Shown here: piece by piece, positions 56,168-64,000 of the stretch
Numbering within the stretch: the first letter of the stretch is position 1
Layout: each line of letters begins with the position of its first letter
DNA from: an uncultured Actinomycetota bacterium
GTDB taxonomy: Bacteria > Actinomycetota > Actinomycetes > Mycobacteriales > Pseudonocardiaceae
Direction: 5' to 3'
DNA: 64,000 bases
NCBI GenBank assembly: GCA_963766275.1
Contig: CAVYAD010000043.1
Location: 216,549 to 280,548, forward strand
Translations under genes and position numbers: made by a program
Notes under the pieces: generated by a model
Told to the model about the DNA's origin: nothing
The model's input: only the letters and a program-made list of their open reading frames with translations
The model's database searches: none

Positions 56168-56925
56168 GTCTCCTGCTGGTAGCCGCCGCACTGCTCGTGT
56201 GGCCGCACATCAGACCGATTCGCCGGCTCAAACCACAGCGTGAGCGGAAAATCCTTGTACCGCAGTGGTTCTGGACAGCACTGACCGCAGGAGTCGTATA
56301 CCTGGTAGCAGGGATCGGCGGGTTGATCGCCGCAGTGCTGCTCGCCGTCACAGTCGAGAAAATCATCAAGCGCAGCAGGGAAACAAGAGCACAGACTGCC
56401 GCGACCGAAGCGTTGAGCAGCGGCGTGGCCGGGATGATCGACGAGCTGCGGGCCGGTGCCCACGCGGCCGCCGCGGCGGAAGGTGCGGCCCAGGACACGC
56501 CACCGCCGGCGAACGAGGTGTTGAAGGCCGCGGCCGCCGCTTCGAGGTTGGGCGGTGACGTGGAACGAGCGCTTCGCAAAACTCGGCAACCGTTGCTGAG
56601 AACTGATCAGCTGGCCAAGGCGTGGCAGGTGTCGGCGAGGTATGGCGTGGCACTCGCGGACGTGCTGGACGCGACGAGACGTGATCTGGACCAGCGGGCG
56701 GCGTTCGCGCGGCAGGTGCATGCGCGGATGGCGGGGCCGAGGGCGAGCGCGATGGTGCTGGCCGGGCTGCCGGTGTTCGGGGTGTTGCTGGGTGAGCTGA
56801 GCGGTGCGAGACCGCTGCACGTCCTCCTCGGCACCACCGCGGGGCAGTTCCTGCTGGTGCTGGGAGCGGTGTTCCTGGCGGCCGGGCTGTGGTGGACGAA
56901 GAGGATCACGGAGGTGGACCCGTGA
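56161..56925 (+). CDS. TadB-like type II secretion F family protein
   Basis: ELRAG, MAGPRASAMVLAGLP; follows tadA. Confidence 0.88.
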   Translation: MLSLLLVAAALLVWPHIRPIRRLKPQRERKILVPQWFWTALTAGVVYLVAGIGGLIAAVLLAVTVEKIIKRSRETRAQTAATEALSSGVAGMIDELRAGAHAAAAAEGAAQDTPPPANEVLKAAAAASRLGGDVERALRKTRQPLLRTDQLAKAWQVSARYGVALADVLDATRRDLDQRAAFARQVHARMAGPRASAMVLAGLPVFGVLLGELSGARPLHVLLGTTAGQFLLVLGAVFLAAGLWWTKRITEVDP

Positions 56926-57449
56926 CGTTTCTCTTCCTGGCGCTGGCGATCCTCGTGGCGCCGATGCCGAAGCGCGCGATCGAGCGGCTCAGACCCCGAG
57001 CGCACGATCCGCCGGGCAAACCAGGGAAGCCTGACGGGCCGTTCGAACGGGCGGCAGCCTGGGATCTGCTCGCCGCGTGCCTCAAGGCCGGGTTGCCGGT
57101 GCCCACGGCGATCAAGGCGGTCGGCATCAGAGAGCTGGACCAGGTCGCGGAGCTGCTCAGGCTCGGAGCGGACCCGGTGACGGCGTGGGCGCCGGCGCTC
57201 GAGGAGAAGAAGACGGCGGTGCTCGCCAGGGCGGCCCGCAGGACCGCGCGGTCGGGAGCGGCGCTCGCGAGCAGAGCGGCGGAGCTCGCTGAACGGACCA
57301 GGGCCGACGCGGTGGATCAGGCGGAGGCGAAGGCGCAGAAAGCCGCGGTGGCGGTGGCAGCGCCGTTGGCCTTGTGTTTCCTGCCGGCGTTCCTGTGCCT
57401 CGGCGTGCTGCCGGTGGTGCTGGGGCTGGCCGACCAGATTCTCAACTAG
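56922..57449 (+). CDS. TadC-like type II secretion F family protein
   Basis: DLLAACLKAGLP, APLALCFLPAFLCLGVLP. Confidence 0.88.
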   Translation: MTFLFLALAILVAPMPKRAIERLRPRAHDPPGKPGKPDGPFERAAAWDLLAACLKAGLPVPTAIKAVGIRELDQVAELLRLGADPVTAWAPALEEKKTAVLARAARRTARSGAALASRAAELAERTRADAVDQAEAKAQKAAVAVAAPLALCFLPAFLCLGVLPVVLGLADQILN

Positions 57450-57463
57450 GAGAGGTAAGAACG

Positions 57464-57625
57464 ATGGAACTTCTGAAGGACGAAAGCGGCATGAGCACGG
57501 TCGAGTACGCGATCGGGACGTTGGCGGCAGCCGCGTTCGCCGCGGTGCTCTACACGCTCGCCACGAGCGATGTCGTGCAGAACCTGTTGCAAGGGCTGAT
57601 ACAGCGTGCGCTCTCTTCGGTCTGA
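57464..57625 (+). CDS. Flp-type pilin (DUF4244)
   Basis: DESG|MSTVEYA prepilin cleavage motif; RBS GGAGAGG. Confidence 0.92.
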   Translation: MELLKDESGMSTVEYAIGTLAAAAFAAVLYTLATSDVVQNLLQGLIQRALSSV

Positions 57626-57935
57626 TGACCGGGGCATGGTCACCGTGGAGGCGGCGGTCGCGGTGTGCGCGCTCCTTGTTGTCATGGGTCTCGCGGCGGC
57701 CGGGATCACCGCGGTGATCGAACAGCTGCGGTGCACGGACGCGGCGAGAGAGGCGGCGCGACTGGCCGCGCGTGGTGAGCGGCAGCGAGGGGAGGAGGCC
57801 GTCGGGCAGATAGTGCCCGGAGCGACGGTCGTGTTCCGGGACGAAGGCGACGTCATAAAAGTTGCTGTACGGCAACGAGGTCCGTTGGGCGTGCCGCTCA
57901 GCGCCGAGGCGGTCGCCGTCATGGAGCCGCGATGA
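57606..57935 (+). CDS. TadE-like minor pilin
   Basis: DRG|MVTVEAA, DAAREAARLAARG. Confidence 0.9.
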   Translation: MRSLRSDDRGMVTVEAAVAVCALLVVMGLAAAGITAVIEQLRCTDAAREAARLAARGERQRGEEAVGQIVPGATVVFRDEGDVIKVAVRQRGPLGVPLSAEAVAVMEPR

Positions 57936-58357
57936 ACGGTGACGCGCCTGACGAGGAGCGCGGTTCGGCTGCGGTGAGCGGTGTCGCGGCGATGTTGTTG
58001 CTGGTCGTGGTCGCGGCGGGCGGGATGCAGATCGGGGCTGCGGTCGTTGCGCGGCACCGGGTGACCGGTGCGGCGGATCTGGCGGCGCTCGCGGCCGCCG
58101 CTCGGCTAGTCGAAGGTGCCGAAAGTGCTTGTGAGCAGGCAGAACGCCTGGCGCGAGCCAACCGGGCAGAGCTGAGGACGTGCACGGTGAGCGGTTGGGA
58201 GGTGGTTGTGGAGGTGTCGGCGGCCACACCGTTCGGCCCGGTGAGCGCGAGGTCGAGAGCAGGTCCGGCTGAAGATCGAAGCGTTTGGAGCGCGACGAGC
58301 GGTCGTTCATCGACGGTGAGCGGACTCACACCGGGGCTCGGACATGCTGAACGGTGA
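57932..58357 (+). CDS. TadE/TadG-like protein (Rv3654c family)
   Basis: ERGSA, AADLAALAAA, two Cys, ARSRAGP. Confidence 0.88.
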   Translation: MNGDAPDEERGSAAVSGVAAMLLLVVVAAGGMQIGAAVVARHRVTGAADLAALAAAARLVEGAESACEQAERLARANRAELRTCTVSGWEVVVEVSAATPFGPVSARSRAGPAEDRSVWSATSGRSSTVSGLTPGLGHAER

Positions 58358-58550
58358 TCGAACTAATCGCGGGCAGTACTGCTCCCCGGTCTCACAAGGG
58401 GCGCTCACCGTTCCGTAGCTACCAGTTGTCGAGCGGGGGTTACCAAGCCTGGCCCCGGTGTCGTTAGTTGTAGTGGCGGCACCAACGCGGTGTCCTACGA
58501 AAACCGACACCACGTCGATGTCGAGTCAAAGCCTATGGAGGCGAAGGAAG

Positions 58551-59171
58551 ATGGATTGGTCGGATAGCTGGCGCGGGGCCTTCCGCATCGAACTGCGTGC
58601 CGAGGCGATCAGCCTCGCGTACCGCGGTTGGCCCGTACTGCCCGGCACCTATCCGGCCGGTTCGGAGCAGGGCGTCACCCAGTGGGCGGGCCGCAGCGGG
58701 CTCGAGCACGACGGCCCGGTTCCCGTCCACCGCGACTGGGAAGAGCGCATCGGCACTCGTCCCGAGCAGGTCGCCACCTGGTGGGCGGGTCGCTCCTACA
58801 GCCTTCTCGTCGCCACCGGCCACGCGGTGGACGCGATCGAGGTCGGTACCGACCTCGGCCGCCGCGCGGCCGTCGCACTGCGCACGATCGGCGTTCCCGT
58901 GCCGATCGCCGCGACGCCGGCCGGTCGGTGGATGTTCCTGGTGAAGTCCGGCTCGACGCTCAACGCCGAGCTGGCCGCACACGAGGACGTCCGTCACTAC
59001 GCCAAGGGCGAGTACATCCCGCTGCCGCCCACCCCGATGGCGCACGGTGTCGTTCACTGGCGGGTCAAGCCGCAGATCTGTGGCTGGAACCTGCCCGCGG
59101 CGCACGTCGTGCAGGACGCGCTCGTCGAGGCGCTGCACACCCCGGCGTCGTTCGAGCTCGAAGCCGTCTGA
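58551..59171 (+). CDS. Bifunctional DNA primase/polymerase N-terminal-like (Prim-Pol) protein
   Basis: A..LAYRGWPVLPG, VATWW, ATG..DAIEV, TPAGRWMFLV, GEYIPLPP. Confidence 0.8.
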   Translation: MDWSDSWRGAFRIELRAEAISLAYRGWPVLPGTYPAGSEQGVTQWAGRSGLEHDGPVPVHRDWEERIGTRPEQVATWWAGRSYSLLVATGHAVDAIEVGTDLGRRAAVALRTIGVPVPIAATPAGRWMFLVKSGSTLNAELAAHEDVRHYAKGEYIPLPPTPMAHGVVHWRVKPQICGWNLPAAHVVQDALVEALHTPASFELEAV

Positions 59172-59665
59172 CAACTAAAATCCAAAGCCCGGCCGTGCTG
59201 GGTGTCGTCGTGGACTCTCCCCGACAACCCCGAAGACGATGCCCTGCACGGCCGTTCCACCAAGCCCGATCCGAGGATCGGCCTCCGTACCCCGCACTTC
59301 GGGGGCCACTGAGGAACGGGCGCAAGGCCGAACACGCACCCCGAAGGACAGCCTCCCGCACCAGCGATCGGGCCGAGGGACAATAGTGGCAGGGCGCCAG
59401 CTCTGCCGCGGTCGGTGAAGCCGGCTCCTCTCCCGGAGTTCGTCAGTAGACAGTGGACACCGTCGCCTCCCGCGTGTCCTGTCGAGACGGACAACCAGAT
59501 TCCACCGATGTCCCAAGGCATCCGGTCGCTGAGCGGTAGTAGGCGGGAAAACAGTGTTCGGCACGTGGAGAGCGCAGGCGGGTACCCGTGAGCCCGCCTG
59601 CGCCCCACGCACGAAGCGGGCGACGCTGCTCATCGCTGACGCGGTTTCGCCGTTGCTCGCAGTGC

Positions 59666-60472
59666 CTATTGCGGGGGCGACCCCGCAGACCCCGAGAGCG
59701 TTGAGCCCCAGTGCTCGGCGTAGGCCGCGAAGGCGAGCGTCTGCTCCATGCTCCCCGGCCGCGGACCGACCTCCGGCTCCCAGCCGAGATCCCGGTCCCC
59801 CAGAACTTGCTCGAGCAGCGGGTGCCACCGCTGCTCGAGCACTTTCATTCCCCACTCCAGCGCGCCCCGCTTGGACGTCACCGCGTCGGTCGCGATCGTG
59901 TAGAGCGTGCGGCAGTACGCGGAGACGATGTAGCGCTGAGCCCACGCCGCCTTCATCGGTGCCCACTCCTCGATGCCGGTCAGCACATGGGGAAGCTCGG
60001 AGATCATCGACGCGCGGAGCACCCCGGCAGGCACCTCGTCGACGAGCGAGGTGACCGGTGGACCGTCCAGCGTGATGCCGTGGTTGCGCAGGATCCAGCG
60101 GACGTGTGCGGAGTTGCAGTGCAGGTCCCACGCCAGGGTTCGGGTGCCGTGATCGTTGAACAGCCAGGGCACGCCCCTGCCTGCCACCGAGCGCAGTGAC
60201 GCGATGTCGGCGTACGAGCCCTCGATCTCCGTCGACCAATGGCCTGGCCGCAGTGGGATCTCGTCGTGCAACGCGCGCAGGCCGTCCAGAGCCGCCCCGG
60301 AAGGCAGTTCGGTGCAGGCGACGATGAAGTCGGAGTCGCTGTGGATGTCACCGGCTCCGAGGGCGAACGAGCCTTGGACGTACGTGCCCACGTAGGTGGG
60401 GCCGAGGATCTCGCGGACCGAGGAGACCAGGTCGGCGAGCAGTGCGTTCAGATCGGAAAATGGCGTGAACAA
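59666..60472 (-). CDS. Nucleotidyltransferase with AadA-like C-terminal domain (DUF4111)
   Basis: YVQGSFALG...SDSDF Pol-beta motif; CRTLYT...SKRGALEW; RBS CAGGAG. Confidence 0.85.
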   Translation of the reverse strand: MFTPFSDLNALLADLVSSVREILGPTYVGTYVQGSFALGAGDIHSDSDFIVACTELPSGAALDGLRALHDEIPLRPGHWSTEIEGSYADIASLRSVAGRGVPWLFNDHGTRTLAWDLHCNSAHVRWILRNHGITLDGPPVTSLVDEVPAGVLRASMISELPHVLTGIEEWAPMKAAWAQRYIVSAYCRTLYTIATDAVTSKRGALEWGMKVLEQRWHPLLEQVLGDRDLGWEPEVGPRPGSMEQTLAFAAYAEHWGSTLSGSAGSPPQ

Positions 60473-60617
60473 GTGAACTCCTGAAGAACCCGTGGCCGAA
60501 AGGGACGGGCGCGGCGGAGTGTCGGACTCAGCCGCGCCTAGGCGCGACGGGTCCGGTCAGTGGCGTTGCAGCTGCATGCGTTCACGCCCATACGGTACTC
60601 AGACCGAATCGGACAGG

Positions 60618-62915
60618 TCAGGCGATTTTGCTCAGCACCACGTCCAGCACCAGCACGGCGCCTGCCTTGTCGAGGGGCTCGTTGCCGTTGCCGCACTTGG
60701 GCGACTGCACGCACGACGGGCACCCCATCGGGCACGTGCAGGCGCGGATCGCGTCACGGGTGGCCGAAAGCCAGGCCCGCAACGCCACATGGCCGCGGTC
60801 CGCGAAGCCCGCGCCGCCGGGGTGGCCGTCGTGGACGAAGACCGTGGGCAGGCCGGTGTCCGGGTGCGCGGCCGTCGAGACGCCGCCGATGTCCCACCGG
60901 TCGCAGGTCGCGAACAGGGGAAGCAGGCCGATCGCGGCGTGTTCGGCGGCGTGCAGCGCGCCGGGGATGCGTTTGGCCTCCACACCGGCGGAGAACAGCA
61001 GCGACTCGTCGACCGTGTACCAGACCGCACGGGTCTGCAGGCTCTGCTCCGGCAGGTCGAGCGGGATCTGGTCGAGCACCACACCGGACGGCAGTCGCCG
61101 CAGGTAGCCGACGACCTGGGTGGTCACCTCGACCTCGCCCAGACACACGGAAACGCCGCCGAACTCGGCACGTTCGACCTCGCGGACCACGGTGATGTCC
61201 ACGCAGTCGCGCGGTTGCGTGGTCCACTCCGGGTCCTCACGGTGCACCATCGCGAGGCCGCTCTCCAGGTCGAGCTCGTCGACCACGTACGAGCGCCCCT
61301 GGTGCAGGTACACGGCCCCGGGATGCACCTGCCAGCACGCCGATCCGGGGTCGACGGTGCCGAGCATCCGGCCGGAGTCGGCCTCCACCACGGCCACCTG
61401 GTCGCCGCCCGAGCCGCGGATGTCCACGCCGGAGTGCGGCCGGTCGTGCGAGGCCCAGTACCACCCGGCCGGGCGCCTGCGCAGCAGCTTCTCCGCCACC
61501 AGGTCGTCCAGCACGGCGTGCGCGAGCGGGCCGCCGAAGTCGTCGAGACAGGCAGGCGTCAGTGGCATCTCGGCCGCCGCGCAGGCCAGCTGCGGGCCGA
61601 GCACGTACGGGTTCAACGGGTCCAGCACGGTCGCCTCGACCGGCCGGTCGAGCACCGCCGACGGGTGGTGCACCAGGTAGGTGTCCAACGGGTCGTCGCG
61701 CGCCACGAACACCACAAGAGCACTGTCCCCGGACCGGCCGGCGCGACCGGCCTGCTGCCAGAACGACGCCAGGGTGCCGGGGAATCCGGCCACCACCACG
61801 GCGTCCAGCCCGGCGATGTCGACGCCGAGCTCCAGCGCGTTCGTGGTGGCCACCCCGAGCAGATCGCCCGTGGACAGCGACTTCTCCAACGCCCGGCGCT
61901 CCTCCGGCAGGAAGCCGCCGCGGTAGGCGGCGACCCGCACCGGCAGCTCACTGTCCACTTCGGACAGGATTCGCCGGGTGCCCATCGCGGTCAGCTCGGC
62001 ACCTCGCCGCGAGCGCACGAAGGCGAGCGAACGTGCGCCTTCGATCACCAGGTCGGCGAGGATCCGCGACGTCTCCGCGCCCGCCGACCGCCGCACCGGC
62101 GCGCCGTTCTCGCCCTCCAAAGAGGTCAGCGGCGGCTCCCACAACGCGACGGTCCGCGAGGCGCGCGGGGAAAAGTCGTCCACGACAGCGGAAACCGGCA
62201 CGCCGAGCAGACGCTCCGCCGATGCGGATGGATCGGCCACTGTGGCCGATGCCAGAACGAAGATCGGATCGGCGCCGTATTTACGGGCGATCCGGCGCAA
62301 TCGCCGCATCAACAACGCCACATGTGATCCGAAAACGCCACGATAGGAATGGCACTCGTCGATCACCACGTACTTCAGCCTGCGGAAGAACCGCAGCCAT
62401 TTCGGGTGCTGCGGCAGGATTCCGCGGTGAAGCATGTCCGGGTTGGTGAAGACCCAGTTCGCGTGCGCCTTGACCCAGTCCCGTTCGGCCATCGGGGTGT
62501 CCCCGTCGTAGGCCGCCGCGCGGACCCCCTTGACCCCCAGCTCATCGAGTGCGCGGAGCTGGTCCGCCCCAAGGGCTTTGGTGGGGGAGAGGTACAGCGC
62601 GGTCGCCCGAGTGTCCGCCAAAAGAGTGGAAAGCACGGGGAGTTGGTAGGCGAGTGACTTGCCCGACGCGGTGCCGGTCGCGAGCACGACGTGCTGCCCG
62701 GACCACGCCAGTGCGGCGGCCTCGGCCTGGTGGCGCCACGGCTCCCGCACACCCGAATCCACGAACGCGGCGACCACCGGCGCGGCGGCCCACGACGGCC
62801 ACTCCACGTGATCTGCCTGCCGCAACGGCAGATCGCGCGCATGCGTGAGGGGTGACTCCCCGGCGGGCACTCCCGCCAGCACGCGGTCCAGTAACCGGCG
62901 TCCCTGATCCACCAC
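60618..62915 (-). CDS. DEAD/DEAH helicase with DUF1998 Zn domain (SftH/MrfA/Hrq1 family, Rv3649-like)
   Basis: TASGKS, PTKAL, DECH, SAT, QQAGRAGR, CTC..GCPSC. Confidence 0.94.
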   Translation of the reverse strand: MVDQGRRLLDRVLAGVPAGESPLTHARDLPLRQADHVEWPSWAAAPVVAAFVDSGVREPWRHQAEAAALAWSGQHVVLATGTASGKSLAYQLPVLSTLLADTRATALYLSPTKALGADQLRALDELGVKGVRAAAYDGDTPMAERDWVKAHANWVFTNPDMLHRGILPQHPKWLRFFRRLKYVVIDECHSYRGVFGSHVALLMRRLRRIARKYGADPIFVLASATVADPSASAERLLGVPVSAVVDDFSPRASRTVALWEPPLTSLEGENGAPVRRSAGAETSRILADLVIEGARSLAFVRSRRGAELTAMGTRRILSEVDSELPVRVAAYRGGFLPEERRALEKSLSTGDLLGVATTNALELGVDIAGLDAVVVAGFPGTLASFWQQAGRAGRSGDSALVVFVARDDPLDTYLVHHPSAVLDRPVEATVLDPLNPYVLGPQLACAAAEMPLTPACLDDFGGPLAHAVLDDLVAEKLLRRRPAGWYWASHDRPHSGVDIRGSGGDQVAVVEADSGRMLGTVDPGSACWQVHPGAVYLHQGRSYVVDELDLESGLAMVHREDPEWTTQPRDCVDITVVREVERAEFGGVSVCLGEVEVTTQVVGYLRRLPSGVVLDQIPLDLPEQSLQTRAVWYTVDESLLFSAGVEAKRIPGALHAAEHAAIGLLPLFATCDRWDIGGVSTAAHPDTGLPTVFVHDGHPGGAGFADRGHVALRAWLSATRDAIRACTCPMGCPSCVQSPKCGNGNEPLDKAGAVLVLDVVLSKIA

Positions 62916-62922
62916 GAGCCCG

Positions 62923-62944
62923 AGCTTCGCACACGGCACCGACA
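62923..62944 (-). promoter_or_regulatory. PafBC/RecA-NDp-type leaderless promoter of the helicase
   Basis: TGTCGG-TGCCGTGTGC-GAAGCT then 7 nt to GTG 62915. Confidence 0.55.
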
Positions 62945-63131
62945 GTTCCGGCCGGGCCGTACTCGACTTCCAGCGCGGATAACGGTGTGTGCACGGATCG
63001 GGACACTTCGTTGCCTCGTTGCAAGCAACCCCTAGACTCCCCGCTCATCGCATCCAATGAGGGATGCGTCACGTCGCGCTGGGCGGCTGGTTCGCCTTGG
63101 CGCTGCACATGGCAACTCACCAGGAGGACGG

Positions 63132-64000
63132 ATGTCCCGGCAATTCCTCGCGGAGAGCCTCGAGCTCTCCGGAGGTGATCGCGGCGTCGTAGCCGTGGTC
63201 GCCGTGGTCGCCCTGGCTGCTCTCGCCGTCGGGTACGTCCTGCTCAGGGAGGTGCTGGCCGCGGGCCAAGGCACCCCCAAGATGCAGGACATCGCCAAGG
63301 CGGTTCAGGAGGGCGCAGCGGCCTACCTCAACCGGCAGTTCCGCACGCTCGGCATTTTTGTCGTGATCGTGTTCGTACTGCTGTTCGCGCTACCGGCGGA
63401 AGATTTGGCCGAACGAATCGGCCGGTCGTTGTTCTTCCTCGTCGGTGCCGCGTTCTCGGCGACTATCGGCTACCTGGGCATGTGGTTGTCCACGCGCGCC
63501 AACGTGCGTGTCGCCGCCGCCGCGAACGAAGAAGGCGGTCGCGAAAAGGCGACGCGCATCGCGTTCCGCACCGGTGGTGTGGTCGGCATGACCACGGTCG
63601 GCCTGGGCCTCTTCGGCGCGGCGCTGGTCGTGCTCGTGTACGCGGGCCAGGCACCGAAGGTGCTGGAAGGCTTCGGTTTCGGCGCCGCTCTGCTCGCGAT
63701 GTTCATGCGTGTCGGTGGCGGCATCTTCACCAAGGCCGCCGACGTCGGCGCCGACCTGGTCGGCAAGGTCGAGCAGGGCATCCCCGAGGACGACCCCCGC
63801 AACGCCGCCACCATCGCGGACAACGTGGGCGACAACGTCGGTGACTGTGCCGGTATGGCGGCGGACCTCTTCGAGTCCTACGCCGTCACGCTCGTCGCGT
63901 CGCTGATCCTCGGCACCGCCGCGTTCGGTTCGCAGGGTCTTCTCTTCCCGCTGATCGTTCCCGCGATCGGTGTGCTGACCGCGGTCATCGGTGTCTACAC
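63132..64000 (+). CDS. hppA: Membrane-bound ion-translocating pyrophosphatase (3' end outside window; absent from ORF track)
   Basis: AGGAGG RBS; GGGIFTKAADVGADLVGKVE, EDDPRN, DNVGDNVGDCAG. Confidence 0.96.
   Translation, partial: MSRQFLAESLELSGGDRGVVAVVAVVALAALAVGYVLLREVLAAGQGTPKMQDIAKAVQEGAAAYLNRQFRTLGIFVVIVFVLLFALPAEDLAERIGRSLFFLVGAAFSATIGYLGMWLSTRANVRVAAAANEEGGREKATRIAFRTGGVVGMTTVGLGLFGAALVVLVYAGQAPKVLEGFGFGAALLAMFMRVGGGIFTKAADVGADLVGKVEQGIPEDDPRNAATIADNVGDNVGDCAGMAADLFESYAVTLVASLILGTAAFGSQGLLFPLIVPAIGVLTAVIGVY

Noticed and set aside
53607-58357. TadA 'conjugal transfer' ATPase cluster as an ICE
   Set aside because: This is the conserved chromosomal ssd-tad/Flp locus; no relaxase, coupling protein or integrase

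Overview
High-GC actinomycete chromosome, most likely Pseudonocardiaceae (Lentzea-like; inferred from gene style and synteny, not searched). The backbone is the conserved actinobacterial region equivalent to M. tuberculosis Rv3649-Rv3683: tRNA-Pro(CGG), metallophosphoesterase, yqeY, ponA2, whiB4/wblA, two ArsA-like ATPases, ridA, crp, nth-tlpA-nudix-marP, nhaA, acs, Fic-like gene, Ms1 RNA, HAD phosphatase, 6C RNA, ssd-tad/Flp pilus operon, DUF1998 helicase and hppA. Accessory blocks include tandem MFS paralogues, ohr-dps, a BtrH-like gene, kynA-kynU, a NagZ-NamZ-AmiE-MurQ peptidoglycan salvage cluster, a TetR/flavin monooxygenase pair and a second beta-clamp. I saw no transposase, integrase or CRISPR array. 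The most unusual signals are: (1) a highly structured ~175-nt leader containing an exact anti-Shine-Dalgarno copy, ahead of a gene starting with a basic 'KSFKRLVRTRMERTGESY' helix; (2) three translationally coupled micro-ORFs inserted between ssd and tadA; (3) a Fur dimerisation-domain-only mini-gene with its own leaderless promoter; (4) four PafBC/RecA-NDp-type promoter motifs, driving a dnaN paralogue and the helicase, plus an orphan copy and one antisense to 6C RNA; (5) a candidate cation riboswitch upstream of nhaA. All product calls come from motif recognition by eye; no database search was run.
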